A DNA stretch of 63,427 nucleotides, counting the filler, from Vannella sp. (taxonomy: Eukaryota): assembly GCA_023345925.1 (NCBI GenBank). It is 9 parts of 9 records of this genome, joined end to end, with 100 filler letters (N's around TTAATTAATTAA, not from the genome) between each part and the next. Parts side by side here need not be neighbours in the genome. Positions count along the whole stretch, not along the records: positions 51,946 to 57,202 come from JAJQQN010001294.1; positions 57,303 to 63,427 come from JAJQQN010000256.1; 7 more parts are not named here. One strand, 5' to 3'. Under the pieces are notes generated by a model, which was not told the DNA's origin, searched no databases, and saw nothing but the letters and a program-made list of their open reading frames with translations. Both the position numbers and the translations under genes were made by a program. Below are positions 53,242 through 63,427 of this stretch, one piece after another. Within the stretch, counting starts at the first letter, position 1; each line of letters opens with the position of its first letter.

Positions 53242-56088
53242 ATGAGCGATCCACCCAGCCTGTTTCGGGCGGGCAAGTTTGCTGAGGCAGCAGAAGGTTG
53301 GGAAAGGCTTTGTAAGGGAGAGGAGAGCCGTCAAGTGCAAGCCGTGTTGCGATGGTGAGTAGAGAGAGGGCTGGAAGGCGTAGGAAGTGCTGATCCCCTT
53401 CAGCAACATCGCAAGAGCCTTTTTGGAGCTGGATCTCCTCCGCAAGTGTGGTGTGGAGTGTGACAAGGCTATCCTTTTGGACTCCTTTAGTGCCCGTGCT
53501 TATCTATTGAAAGGTGCGGTTGCTACTCCGATACAGAGGCTAGGTGATGACTTTCCCTCCAGGTTTGGTGATGATGAGGAGGAAGAAGAACGCAGAAGCT
53601 CTTCAGCTCTGGCTTATGGCTCAGAGCAAGACACAAGACATCCACTTACTAGAAGAGATCGACCAGTGGCTCAACCCGCAAACCACAAGCGAAAGTGTCA
53701 CTGTCCCCGCCAAAGCTCCTACCAGCGATCTCCAGGCGGCTCAGACTAGAGATAGAGAGCTATCAATCAAGAAGGAGGGACCTTCTGAAGAACAGAAAGG
53801 AGCATTGATGAGCTCCACTTCCACAAACAAGAGGTACAAAGGCGGGATGACATTGGACCAATGGGTAGACACAGGCTTCCGCCAGGTGAACACAGGAAGA
53901 ACCAAAGAGGCAATAGAAATCTTCGACGACATCATCAAGGCGGTAACTCCCCCGCCACTGGGAGCCCTCCTTGGCAGAGGAACCGCAAATGCTCTTGCTG
54001 GCAAGCTGGTGGATGCTATCCAGGACTTTAGCCAATCCATAGCTCTATTCCCACACTACGATGACGCATGGAAGCGTAGGGGCCAAGCGCGAGCTGCCCG
54101 AGGCAACCTGACGGATGCCATCTCTGACTTGACGGAATCCATCCGCTTAAAGAAGGATGCAGACTCGTACCTCCAGCGTGGTCTGATCTACTATCGACAG
54201 CAAAACTTCTCGAGAGCAGGAAAGGACTTTAACGCCGCACTCGAACTGAATCCGGAGTGTTCGATCAGTCTTAACCATCTTGGGCTTTGCAAGACGGCCA
54301 CCGGCCTTCCTTGGGAGGTGAGATGCGTTGGAGTATGTTAGGATGCGTTTATTCAGTCTATGTAGGCGATTGAATTGCATGAAAGAGCGTTTACCATTGA
54401 TCCAAGCAGCAAACAGTCCCATGTCTATCGCGGCCAAGCTTACAAGGAATGGGGGAAGTACGAAAAGTCGTTGGTGGCGTACACCAGTGCAATCCATATG
54501 GATCCAAAGTTTGCTCAATGCTTTCATCTGCGAGGAATGTGCTCCTTTGCTGTTGGGAAGCATCATCGGGCCATAGAAGACTTCCAAAAAGCTCTCTCTT
54601 TTGACTCTTCTCTTATTGAGTGTCATCAGTCGCTGGCTGTCGCCCTCCATGGAGTTGTACGTTCTCCGAGTATATCTCAATGTTTACTCACTATCTAGAC
54701 AGGGGAGACTCTCCGAGGCACTGTCTGTGTACAACACATGTTCTACTATCCAGCCAGGACACGTTACTTGGTACAATAAGCAGGTAGCCCTCTACATTGG
54801 TGACCACTTTGACATCCCAATCGAAGACATTGACTTGGACCGGGACCTGAATCCCTATTTCAAAGAGGCTTGGTGTAAAAGACTGGATCCGAGAAACCAA
54901 GGTAGGCAACCCAAGTCAGTCTTCAAACTCAAATCTCATGTTTGTGCCCAACACAGTACCCTACAACCAAACACAAGCTTTACCTGACGGGTTCATTGAC
55001 TGCTTCAATGTTCCCACTACGATAGGGGATGATCTCAGGATGATAGCTGAGGCAGTGGCCCATTTTGGGCCTCGGATTCAACTCCATTGTGTGGGTTACA
55101 TGACCAACTATCGGCAATGGGCGATGACAGGGCTGTCAGTCATCGATGTTGCTCAGCAGTTGCGCCTCTTGTGGAGTGGCAAGAAAGACGGAGGAAAATG
55201 GGGATGGAGAGACATGTACCAAGTCATCGCAAAGTGGCGCCAATTCTCAGAGCCGAATGACCCGGTTGTCTGGGTGGACCAACTTTCTCCTGAACAATTT
55301 GCGGAGGGCTTTGGGGCGCATACTCCTATGATTACAGGGCAAACGTTTGTAGTCAGGTATTCCCCCATGTATCCCAAGGCATTCTCTATCATGAAGAGTC
55401 TCATTCATCAAGTTGGTCTTCCTGAGAAGGAACAAGCCCTCTTTCAGGAAGCAAAAACTCTCTCAGAAGCATACGAGATTATTGGGAGAGACTTTTACGT
55501 CTGCACGCCGTGCCACAGCGTTGCCACGCCTGGGCGTGTGCATGAAGGGACTCGGTTGACTCTCCAAGTGAGTATTCTGCATTCTTTCCAACATCAGAAT
55601 CTGACCCTAAACGCAAGGCAACTTCACCTGAGGGATTTGAATTCAGTATACGCACTCCAGGAACCCCTCAACGTTGGAAGGACTACACAGAAGAGATGGA
55701 CTTTGCCTTCCAACAACTCCAAGAGGCTATCGCACGACCGCAAAGAGACTTGGATGAGATATCTGAGTGCATACTAAGTCTGACATTCTACTGGTACAAT
55801 TTCATGCCCCTTGCTAGAGGAACGGCTGCATGCGGCTACATTGGACTTTTAGGAATGTTCCTTTCCGTCGGCATTGAAATCGCCGCTTCTGTTCCTGCTG
55901 GGCAACAAGTAGACTGGGAAGGAATACTCAATCCCCACCCTTCCATCTTCATTGACACTCTTAAGCCTTGGATGTTCCCCAGCCGCAAGCAAACCACCCT
56001 TTTGGATGAACTCCCCGCCGTCGCCCTTTCCCTCAACACCCTCCGCCAAAGAGTGGACGCGTTGAATTACATTTCCGGCCTCTTCTAA
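53242..56088 (+). CDS. TTC13: TTC13/SRFR1-like TPR protein, multi-exon
   Basis: TPR array plus conserved C-terminal motifs WRQFSEPNDPVVWVD, FEFSIRTPGTPQRW and WYNFMPLARGTA. Confidence 0.88.
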
Positions 56089-56116
56089 ACGACGAGTCCG
56101 TCCAAACTGGTTCATT

Positions 56117-56776
56117 ATGCTGCGGCAGAGTGTGGGTGGCGGGGGTGCTCCTTTGGAGAAGGCGCTGGTGGGGGCGGATGCGACATTCTCTGATACGGAT
56201 AGCTTTACATCCGACTTTGAGTCACTTGGGGAGACGCTGAAGGAGGAGGCAGCGATCACGGCAGCGGATTTGGGTGGCATGAGAAACCTCCTTGACGGTA
56301 TCCAGTTCAAAGGGGGGATAGAGTCTACTGAGGATGACGACGATAACCCTGAGAGGGAAGTGGATCAAGTGTTTAAACATGGGCTCCTGGAACTGGAGCA
56401 GAACCTCAACTGGACAGCAGTTTGTGAAGAGTTCACGGACGCCCGAAGCGAGTGGGTGAAACAGGTCCGCGAGGCTGAATCCCCAGTACAAGCTGCACAG
56501 ACTCTTGTTGCCTTCTCCACCTTCATCAAGCCGGAGTGTCTGTACGACGCCGAGTTCATATCTTCCGACTGGGTGTTGCAAATCTCCCAACCCAGCGTCA
56601 CGTATGCGATGCTCTGCGATCTCCTCCTCGTTCTTGAAGAGACCATCAACACCGAGGCCGACGCATTCAACCCCAACTGGCACTCCAAGGTTGAGTCTTG
56701 GAGGCAAGCACTCGAAGAAGTCGAAGACTATGGCGGAGAGGACAGTTCCGACGAAAACCCTTACCCTTTCATATAA
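56117..56776 (+). CDS. Acidic uncharacterised protein with two WHIM/WSD-like helical repeats
   Basis: Repeated W...V.......A..L..(F/L)...I pattern in a clean 219-aa ORF. Domain call tentative. Confidence 0.6.
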   Translation: MLRQSVGGGGAPLEKALVGADATFSDTDSFTSDFESLGETLKEEAAITAADLGGMRNLLDGIQFKGGIESTEDDDDNPEREVDQVFKHGLLELEQNLNWTAVCEEFTDARSEWVKQVREAESPVQAAQTLVAFSTFIKPECLYDAEFISSDWVLQISQPSVTYAMLCDLLLVLEETINTEADAFNPNWHSKVESWRQALEEVEDYGGEDSSDENPYPFI

Positions 56777-57202
56777 GTCACCTACTCAGAGAACCTGGAA
56801 CCTCCCACTGCCAGAATTACGACGCACGTGCGTCACCCTCACCCTCTGCCTTACGGCACAGGTTTAAATAGAACGAGTTTGAGTTGTTGCAGAACCTGGC
56901 TCGAAAGGCGTTTTCATTTGGGGTGGATGCTTCAACTTGCAGTCAACAAACTGATTTGGCGACTTGAAGTTCCTCAAACCACTTTCTTCTCAATCGTTCC
57001 CCACAATCGATGATTGCACATCGTCAGAGTCTTGCTGGCTCATCGTTCATTAGAATGAGTCATTAAGTCGTCACAGCTCGCCTTGGTCGGAAACAGTTCC
57101 AAGACTTGTCGGGAAAATGAAAAAATGGAGATCGCAGTTCCTCCTGCCTTTATTGTATTTCAAGGAATTGTTTGTCGATGATTGGCTGCCCTTCGCCGCC
57201 GG

Positions 57203-57302
57203 NNNNNNNNNNNNNNNNNNNNNNNNNNNNNNNNNNNNNNNNNNNNTTAATTAATTAANNNNNNNNNNNNNNNNNNNNNNNNNNNNNNNNNNNNNNNNNN
57301 NN
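57203..57302. other. Artificial contig linker
   Basis: N-run + TTAATTAATTAA + N-run. Confidence 0.98.
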
Positions 57303-57439
57303 GAACCCTACTGTCCAGCTCCAGACGTCTGAGCTTCCATTCTCATCCAGACAGAGAGTGTGGCGGCCTCCAGGAGAGCAAGCATGGGAGGGGATTGTTC
57401 ATGATTCGCTCAAACTTCAAATCACTTCTCCTTCGGCGC

Positions 57440-57755
57440 GATCTGTTGCCTTTGGAGGAGGTTCGGTTGGAGAGCACTGTTGGTGTGGCCGAGGCCCAGT
57501 TGCCCGGAATGATTGTCTCCCAACAGTCAGAAGGTCCTTCTTCGGCCTCTGGCACGAGGGAGTTGCAGCCGCAAGCCACCTTGAGGAGTAGAGAGATGCA
57601 TTCCACTCTTTGGGAACAGAACGCGCCCAACAGAGATCGGTCTCGCTCGTCCACACCCAAAGGCCGCCTTCCGTGTCGATGGCGGCGCTGTGAGAGAAGC
57701 CAGCCACCAAAGCGATGCAAGGTAGTTCAGACACTGGTTGGAAGGTGAGAGAGAG
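57440..57755 (-). pseudogene. Degenerate RCC1-repeat family copy
   Basis: The reverse complement aligns with 51486-51780 (HSAAIDTEGGLWVW, LKVACG, GQLGLGHT) with several frameshifts. Confidence 0.85.
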
Positions 57756-57919
57756 GAAGTAGAGGATCGAGAGCAATGAACAAATGAGGACCCTTCGAGG
57801 GAGAGAAGGAGCGTGTGACTGCCCTTTAAAGGGCATCCAAAAGTGATTTACTCCGACGAAAGGAGTTATTTGATGCTCCATCTTGCAGATTGATGATTTT
57901 GGGCATTCCCTTCCCAACC

Positions 57920-58960
57920 ATGTCCGGGGGTGAAGGGTACTTCATTGTTGCTTTGGTGGTTGTGTTGTTGGTCTCCAACGGTCTGGCTGCTTCACCATGT
58001 AATGCCACTCCCATCAATGGCTTTCAGAGCTTCCCTATAAGCATGTTCGGAAACTTGGCTGGAGTGAATAACAACACGGTGTCGAAGTGCAACCTCCCTC
58101 CCTCCACGAAGTGGTACTCGCTCGTCAGCACTGCCAAGCAGGTAATCACCGCAACTACTTGTAACCCTGGAACTTTCTCTGCGCCTTACATGACCTTGTT
58201 GACGGGTTCTTGCAACTCGACGACATGCTTGGCGCGCAGTTCTTTGGACCATTCTTGCTCCTTCGCAAACGTTTCAGCACAGACCTTGTCTTGGTCAGCA
58301 GTGCCAAAAACCTACTATTTGGCTGTCAGTACCTCAACAAATGCTCCTGGTAAGCCCCTCCTACTGACAACCTCCACATGTTGACGTTATTCAGGAGGAA
58401 CCTATGTTTTGACGGTGTCTGCGGAAGCCAATGTTGGGTGTGAAGAAGCAGTTGGGCCTATCTTTGCTGATGACACCCTCAGAGCCCTTTACGGATCGAC
58501 TTCGGGTGCGCCTGTCCTGGAGGACGATGTTTGTTTCTGCACGGGGCCTGCCCAATGGTTCTCTTTTGCCTCTCAGGAGTCTGGCTTCTTGGTACTAAGT
58601 ACATGTGATCATGGAACCCAGTTTGACACTGTATTGAGCCTGTACGATGGAGAAGTTTGCAACAATCTCGAGTGCGCCGAGAGGGCCGATAACGACGGTG
58701 ATGCTTGTTCAATCTCATATCAACTCAGCACTATTATTGCGCCCATAGCTGCCAACCAAGCTTACTATGTCTCTGTTTCGGGTAAAGGCTCAAAGGGAAA
58801 CTTTGTTCTCTCTTATCAGGTGACTGAAAGTCTTTCTGCAACTCCATCCCCATCCCCATCCCGATCCCCATCAAATCGTTCACCCTCCGCATCGAAATCA
58901 GAATCCAATGGCGGTGATCGAGAATTCCACGGCACAAACCCCATGCGCCAGGCACAGTGA
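57920..58960 (+). CDS. Secreted Cys-rich beta-sandwich (PPC-like) repeat protein, paralog 1
   Basis: Signal peptide; two modules with STC..GT.FDTVLSLY.G..C..L.C...D...C...YYVSV; Ser/Pro tail; one intron. Confidence 0.8.
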
Positions 58961-59782
58961 TAAAGTCCCCAGAGAGGGTTTTTTTTTTCATATTTAAAGG
59001 GTTGTTTTCGTTGACGCAGGGGCGCTTCGGTAGGGCTTCTATCGATGTTCTCGGTATATGTAGCAGTCAAACTAGCTGCTTCCTTGCGCCGGATCATGCC
59101 AAAACCACTGACCGAGGTCGCCTTCCCCCAACCATCGATGGGACCAACTCTCTCACTGCCCCCTGACGCGTCTGGTGCTCTCTTTAGAGGTCATAAACGC
59201 TTCCAAGCGCCTTAGTTAGATAGTAAGCTCTTTACAGAGCTTTAGGGCCTGTTCAGTCCGGAGAAAATCGATCCATTTCAACAGGCCGAAGGGGGTTCGT
59301 GTTGAGAGCCATCTTCTTTGATGTTTACTTTTATGAAATAATTCAAAAAGATGTATACATCGTATTTCTAAGACTCTGATTCGTTCCAATCGTTGTCAAG
59401 TTTACGGGCTTTTCTTGGTGAGTTCGTTCATTGACTTCACTGATGTGACAGATTGATTCCAAGAGCTAGGGGAACACAGTATTGATGATTCTGCACTCCT
59501 TACACTATTTTGCGCTGGAAGCCCAAAGGCCCAGGGCCCGGAATGTGACCACTCGAGTCCTCATCATTGGCATTCGCGCGCACTGTTGCGTTTCTGGTTC
59601 AATCCTGAAGCTCTTCGACCCGCAAATGGGTAACTTACAATCAATAAGCTCAGCAAATCGCACTGTCTGATTTGCTCTCGATCAGAAAGTTCGTGGATTA
59701 TCTCCTCGCGCATGAAAACAGGATCAAGTAATACAATAACAATATGATTGTTCTGTCACTATTTGCCCTCTTTCGACTAGCC

Positions 59783-61070
59783 ATGGGGTGGCTCCGTTGC
59801 TTTGTTTTGGTTGTCGCGTTGGCATCCAGTGGTCTTGCTGTTTATGTCTGTAATGCAATGCCCATTATTGAATTTCAGACTTTCCCTGTGAGTGTGTACG
59901 GAACCCTTGCAGGAACAAACAACACGGTGACGCCCTGTAACCCTTCTCCTTCTGGCACCAAGTCGTACTCGCTCTCCAGCACCACCAAGCAAGTGATCAC
60001 TGCGACAACTTGCAGCGCTGGAACTGCCTCTTCGCCCTCCATCGCCTTGTTCACGGGTTCTTGCAACTCAGCAACATGCTCCATGAAGAGCTCCTTGGAC
60101 TCTTCTTGCCCCTTCAACGTTTCAGCGCAGAGTATATCTTGGAATGCAGTGTCAGGAGCCTACTACCTTCTAGTCAGTAGCTCAAGCAATACTCCTGGTA
60201 AGCCCGTCCAACGAACCCGTCCTCTGTTGACGTGATTCAGGCGGGACCTTTATATTGACGGTGTCTGTGGAGACTTCTACAACAGCATGTACTTCCGCTT
60301 CCAATATTTCAGCTCCGTACAACCCGGCTGTCCTTGTCAACGGGTCTTGGGAGGATGCAAACTCGTTCCCTTTCACCGGCAACTCGTGTGGAGCCTCGTT
60401 CACCAATGTTGGTGTCTGGTACAAGATCTTTCCAAAGTTGGGAAGCCCCATGAACGTCTCTGCTGTTTCAGCCAGCGACATTGACATTCAGATCCAGGTG
60501 TTCTCTGGAGATTGTTCGGCTTTGACCTGTGTGAAAGGAGACAATCCTTCCACTTCTTCGGCAACAGTAAGCTTTAGTCCATCTCTTCCCTTCTACTATG
60601 TGCTGGTAGGAACCGCTTATCCAGACGAAAGCACATTTGACTTGAACATCTCCCAGCTTTCCCTCCCCAATGTTGGATGTGAGGAAGCGCTAGGGCCTGT
60701 CTTTGCTGACAGAACCCTCAGAGGCATTTCTGGATCAACTTCGGGAATGCCTTTCCTTCCAGCGGACGATGCTTGCGCCAGTCACGGCCGTGCCCAATGG
60801 TACTATTTTGCCTCTAGTACGTCTGGTAATCTGAAACTCAGCACATGTAGTGGTGGGACCACGTTTGACACTGTTTTGAGCCTGTACAATGGAGAGGTTT
60901 GCACCGATCTTACGTGCAATGTGAAGAATGACGACGCTACTTGTTCGATTAACAGTCGCTTCAGCACCATTACCTCTTCTATTGTTGCCAACCAAGCTTA
61001 CTATGTCTCTGTTTCATCCAAGGATGTAAACGTAGATGGAAACTTTATTCTCTCTTACCAGATGATCTAA
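59783..61070 (+). CDS. Secreted Cys-rich beta-sandwich (PPC-like) repeat protein, paralog 2
   Basis: Signal peptide; three modules; intron at the same position as in paralog 1; long shared nucleotide blocks. Confidence 0.8.
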
Positions 61071-61339
61071 GCCGCAAAATTAAAGCCCCTCAATCTACAT
61101 TGATGAGCGAGAGGAACGACAGGTGGTGGAGGTGAAAGAAAAATCTCTCCTGCATCCATTCCCCTTTTGGCTACTTGTTTGAGTCTCAGGACAAAGACTG
61201 GCACTGTCAAAGGGGCCCAAAAGCAAAGAACCACTGCAGGGGGGTCCCATGTTTAAAGCTATTTGTCGAGTTCCATGGCCTTGATCGAGAAGTAGTCTTA
61301 GCTCCCACTGGAGGATTTTTCAGGACCTCTTGTTCCAGA

Positions 61340-61720
61340 ATTCACTTCCGAAGGTATGTTCATGTCCAATCCAGCAATGGAGATAGTTTTCATGCTGTGA
61401 GCAAAGGGATGGCGAAAGGAATGATGACATTGAGAGCGATTCTGGTTTCACGAAGTTCGGCACCCAGCAGCATCAAACGTAGAACGGTGTCTCGCACCAC
61501 TTGGTCACACACAAGAATACCCAACCACACCCTGTTTAGATCCCTGGAGTGGCTCGCAGCCAGTTCACGCGGGAGTATGGAGGAGAACACTCTCGTTCTT
61601 GGTGCCGCCAATCGTAATGATTATGTAATAATGACCATGGTTGCCAACGCCTTGAACGGCAATCATTAGCTCTAACAATGAGATAGTTTAACATGAAACT
61701 CACTTACCTGTCATTGGGGG
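61340..61720 (-). pseudogene. Possible pepsin-like aspartic protease remnant
   Basis: A good-looking intron at 61651-61707 (GTAAGT..GCTAAT..AAG) joins PMTG/VGNHGHYYIIITIGG, then stops; ISIAGL...TFG follows later. The catalytic DTG is absent. Confidence 0.35.
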
Positions 61721-61728
61721 AGCGCGCG

Positions 61729-63410
61729 ATGATCCAGGACGGGGTTGCTCTTGGTTCGTGGAGGCACCTTCAAGATGCCTTTTGCGAGGATGAGGAGGAG
61801 ACTACGGAGGATCAAGATGAGCGAGTGAGCGTAGCATCTGTCAAATATCCTCTGGCGTACTACACAGCGTCTGGATCTGTCTCAGAGGACAGCGAGGGCA
61901 AGTCAATCCCGATTATGAGACAAGCACCTTGCTGGTTTGCTCAGTGGAGCTTCTACAAGCGCCTTTGGATCTTTGGGATCCTTACAGTACTATCTTTCAT
62001 CGTGTCCGCCATCGGTATGCCCTTCTTTGGTTCTCCCTCTCTCTCCCTCACTCTCGTTGGGAGCAGGACCGGCGTACTTCCCCTGTCTTGATGATATTGC
62101 CATTGAGTTTGGTGAACCTTCAGTATGGCTGATCAGTCTTTCCAACTACATCGCTCTCTTGGTCAATGCCATCATGTACGGGCTTTGGGGAGCTCTAAGC
62201 GACAAGTAGGAGTGATACTTTGCTGCTTGGATCATTCTCTAATGTTATGCAAAGGTTCTGTCGCAAGTGGATCATCGTACTGGGCCTGGTAGGGTCTTCT
62301 ATCTGCCTTCTGGGGACCGCAGGGGTAAAGTCCATCGAGGAGATGATCGTTGCACGAGGGGCCACAGCTTTGATGTCTTCTGCCATATTTCCTATCTCTA
62401 ACCGTATCATTGCGGATATCCTTCCTCCTTCCAGCCGAAGCCGGGCAACGGTAAGCATTCCCATGCGACAGTTTGGTTCCTCACAGCTCTCCTAGTTCGT
62501 CATCACGCTGAATCAAGTTCTAGTCATCTTCATCGGTAAGCTTGGGCTCTGGTTGGCTCAGAATATCGCTAACTAGAGTCCAGTCCCCTCTGTTGGAGGT
62601 CTCATTGCGGAGTACTTCTCCTGGCGCTACGTTTATGTGACGTTATCAGTGATTGTGGGTATTCTGGCCATTTTCTGCGTCATTTTCTTGCCTGAAACGA
62701 TGGACAAGGTGAGCAGAAGCGGCTTTGTCACTCCAATTAGGAACAGAGTTAGTGACTTTGACTAGACAAAGCGAAAGTGGTCTTATCCAATCAACTCATT
62801 AGCCATTGTTTTAAGCAATGGAGAGTTACTCTCTGTAGTATTGATGGTATCTGTTGAGACTGCTTGTATGTACTTTATCTATTTGGTGATGGCCATATAC
62901 TTCCCAGCTATGTATAACATCCAACCGGCGTATCTGGGAGCCAACTACCTACTGATTGGAGGAGCGTATTTGGTGGGAGGATTATTGGGGCATCTATCTG
63001 CGGCTGTCTCGATGGAATGGCAAATGGCAGGACGTCTTGGCCTCCCTTGGATAATGTTTATCATCTCTGTCGCGACCAACTTCATGGTTGGTTGGTTCAT
63101 CACCTATGCTGAATACGCGCAGACCGTGTGTACTATTCTATTGTGCGCCTTCCTCAGAGGAGTAATGCTGCCTGGCGCTATCTCTTACTGTGTTGACTTG
63201 CAACGCCAAGAGGCCAAATCAGTTCTCGACGGCATAGCCACTCTCCAATTGATCTTCAGCGTTGTTTTACAAGCAGGAGGAGCATCCGTCGATATGGAAA
63301 GTCTCTTCGTATGGGTCTTTGGAGTGATATCCGGCTTAATGTTACTTTGTTGCATTCCGGTAACGCTCTTCCTTTTCCGGCGCCTCTTCGAGAAGGCCCC
63401 TCTTCTGTAA
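61729..63410 (+). CDS. MFS transporter (DHA1-like), multi-exon
   Basis: WGALSDK/FCRK motif A, IADI.PP..R.RA, WRYVY, FLPET and many TM helices. Start could instead be 61693. Confidence 0.88.
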
Positions 63411-63427
63411 TGTAGTCTCCTTCAGCT

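Noticed and set aside
5148..57302. Recurrent TTAATTAATTAA flanked by Ns as a biological repeat or CRISPR-like array
   Set aside because: These are identical 100-nt scaffolding linkers with six-frame stops. Genes are cut at them, and gene neighbourhoods across them are artificial.
59175..59290. Cluster of short inverted repeats as an ncRNA
   Set aside because: Stems are few and scattered, with no terminator or known motif; compatible with chance.
61701..61790. U1 snRNA (ACTTACCTG 5' end)
   Set aside because: No ATTGCAC stem-loop II and no Sm site. It is better explained as the reverse complement of a minus-strand splice donor, and it overlaps the MFS coding frame.

Overview
Gene-dense eukaryotic (protist) DNA, about 50% GC, standard code, with short spliceosomal introns of about 41-64 nt, mostly GT-AG plus two well-supported GC-AG. 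An amoebozoan origin is plausible from gene content but unproven. The window is not contiguous: nine contigs are joined by artificial 100-nt N/TTAATTAATTAA/N linkers, so neighbourhoods across linkers mean nothing. It holds about 30 protein genes, one tRNA-Glu(CTC) and several pseudogene remnants. Housekeeping genes include FAN/NSMAF, GNPTAB, SmE, SDS22, TPX2, a Nnf1-like protein, TTC13/SRFR1, a GH99 endomannosidase and an MFS transporter. The most interesting items are: (1) a SAMD9-like Schlafen/AlbA_2 + P-loop NTPase gene; (2) a FEN/Asteroid-type PIN nuclease fused to a Spindle-E/TDRD9-like DExH helicase; (3) four mostly decayed copies of an RCC1-repeat family, two of which show a K(S/N)ARFL tail; (4) an E2F-type GGCGGGAAAA motif upstream of mitotic genes and of an uncharacterised SAP-BRCT gene pair; (5) a hairpin-rich intergenic ncRNA candidate; and (6) a circularly permuted dispersed repeat. 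All family calls come from motif recognition by eye; no searches were run.
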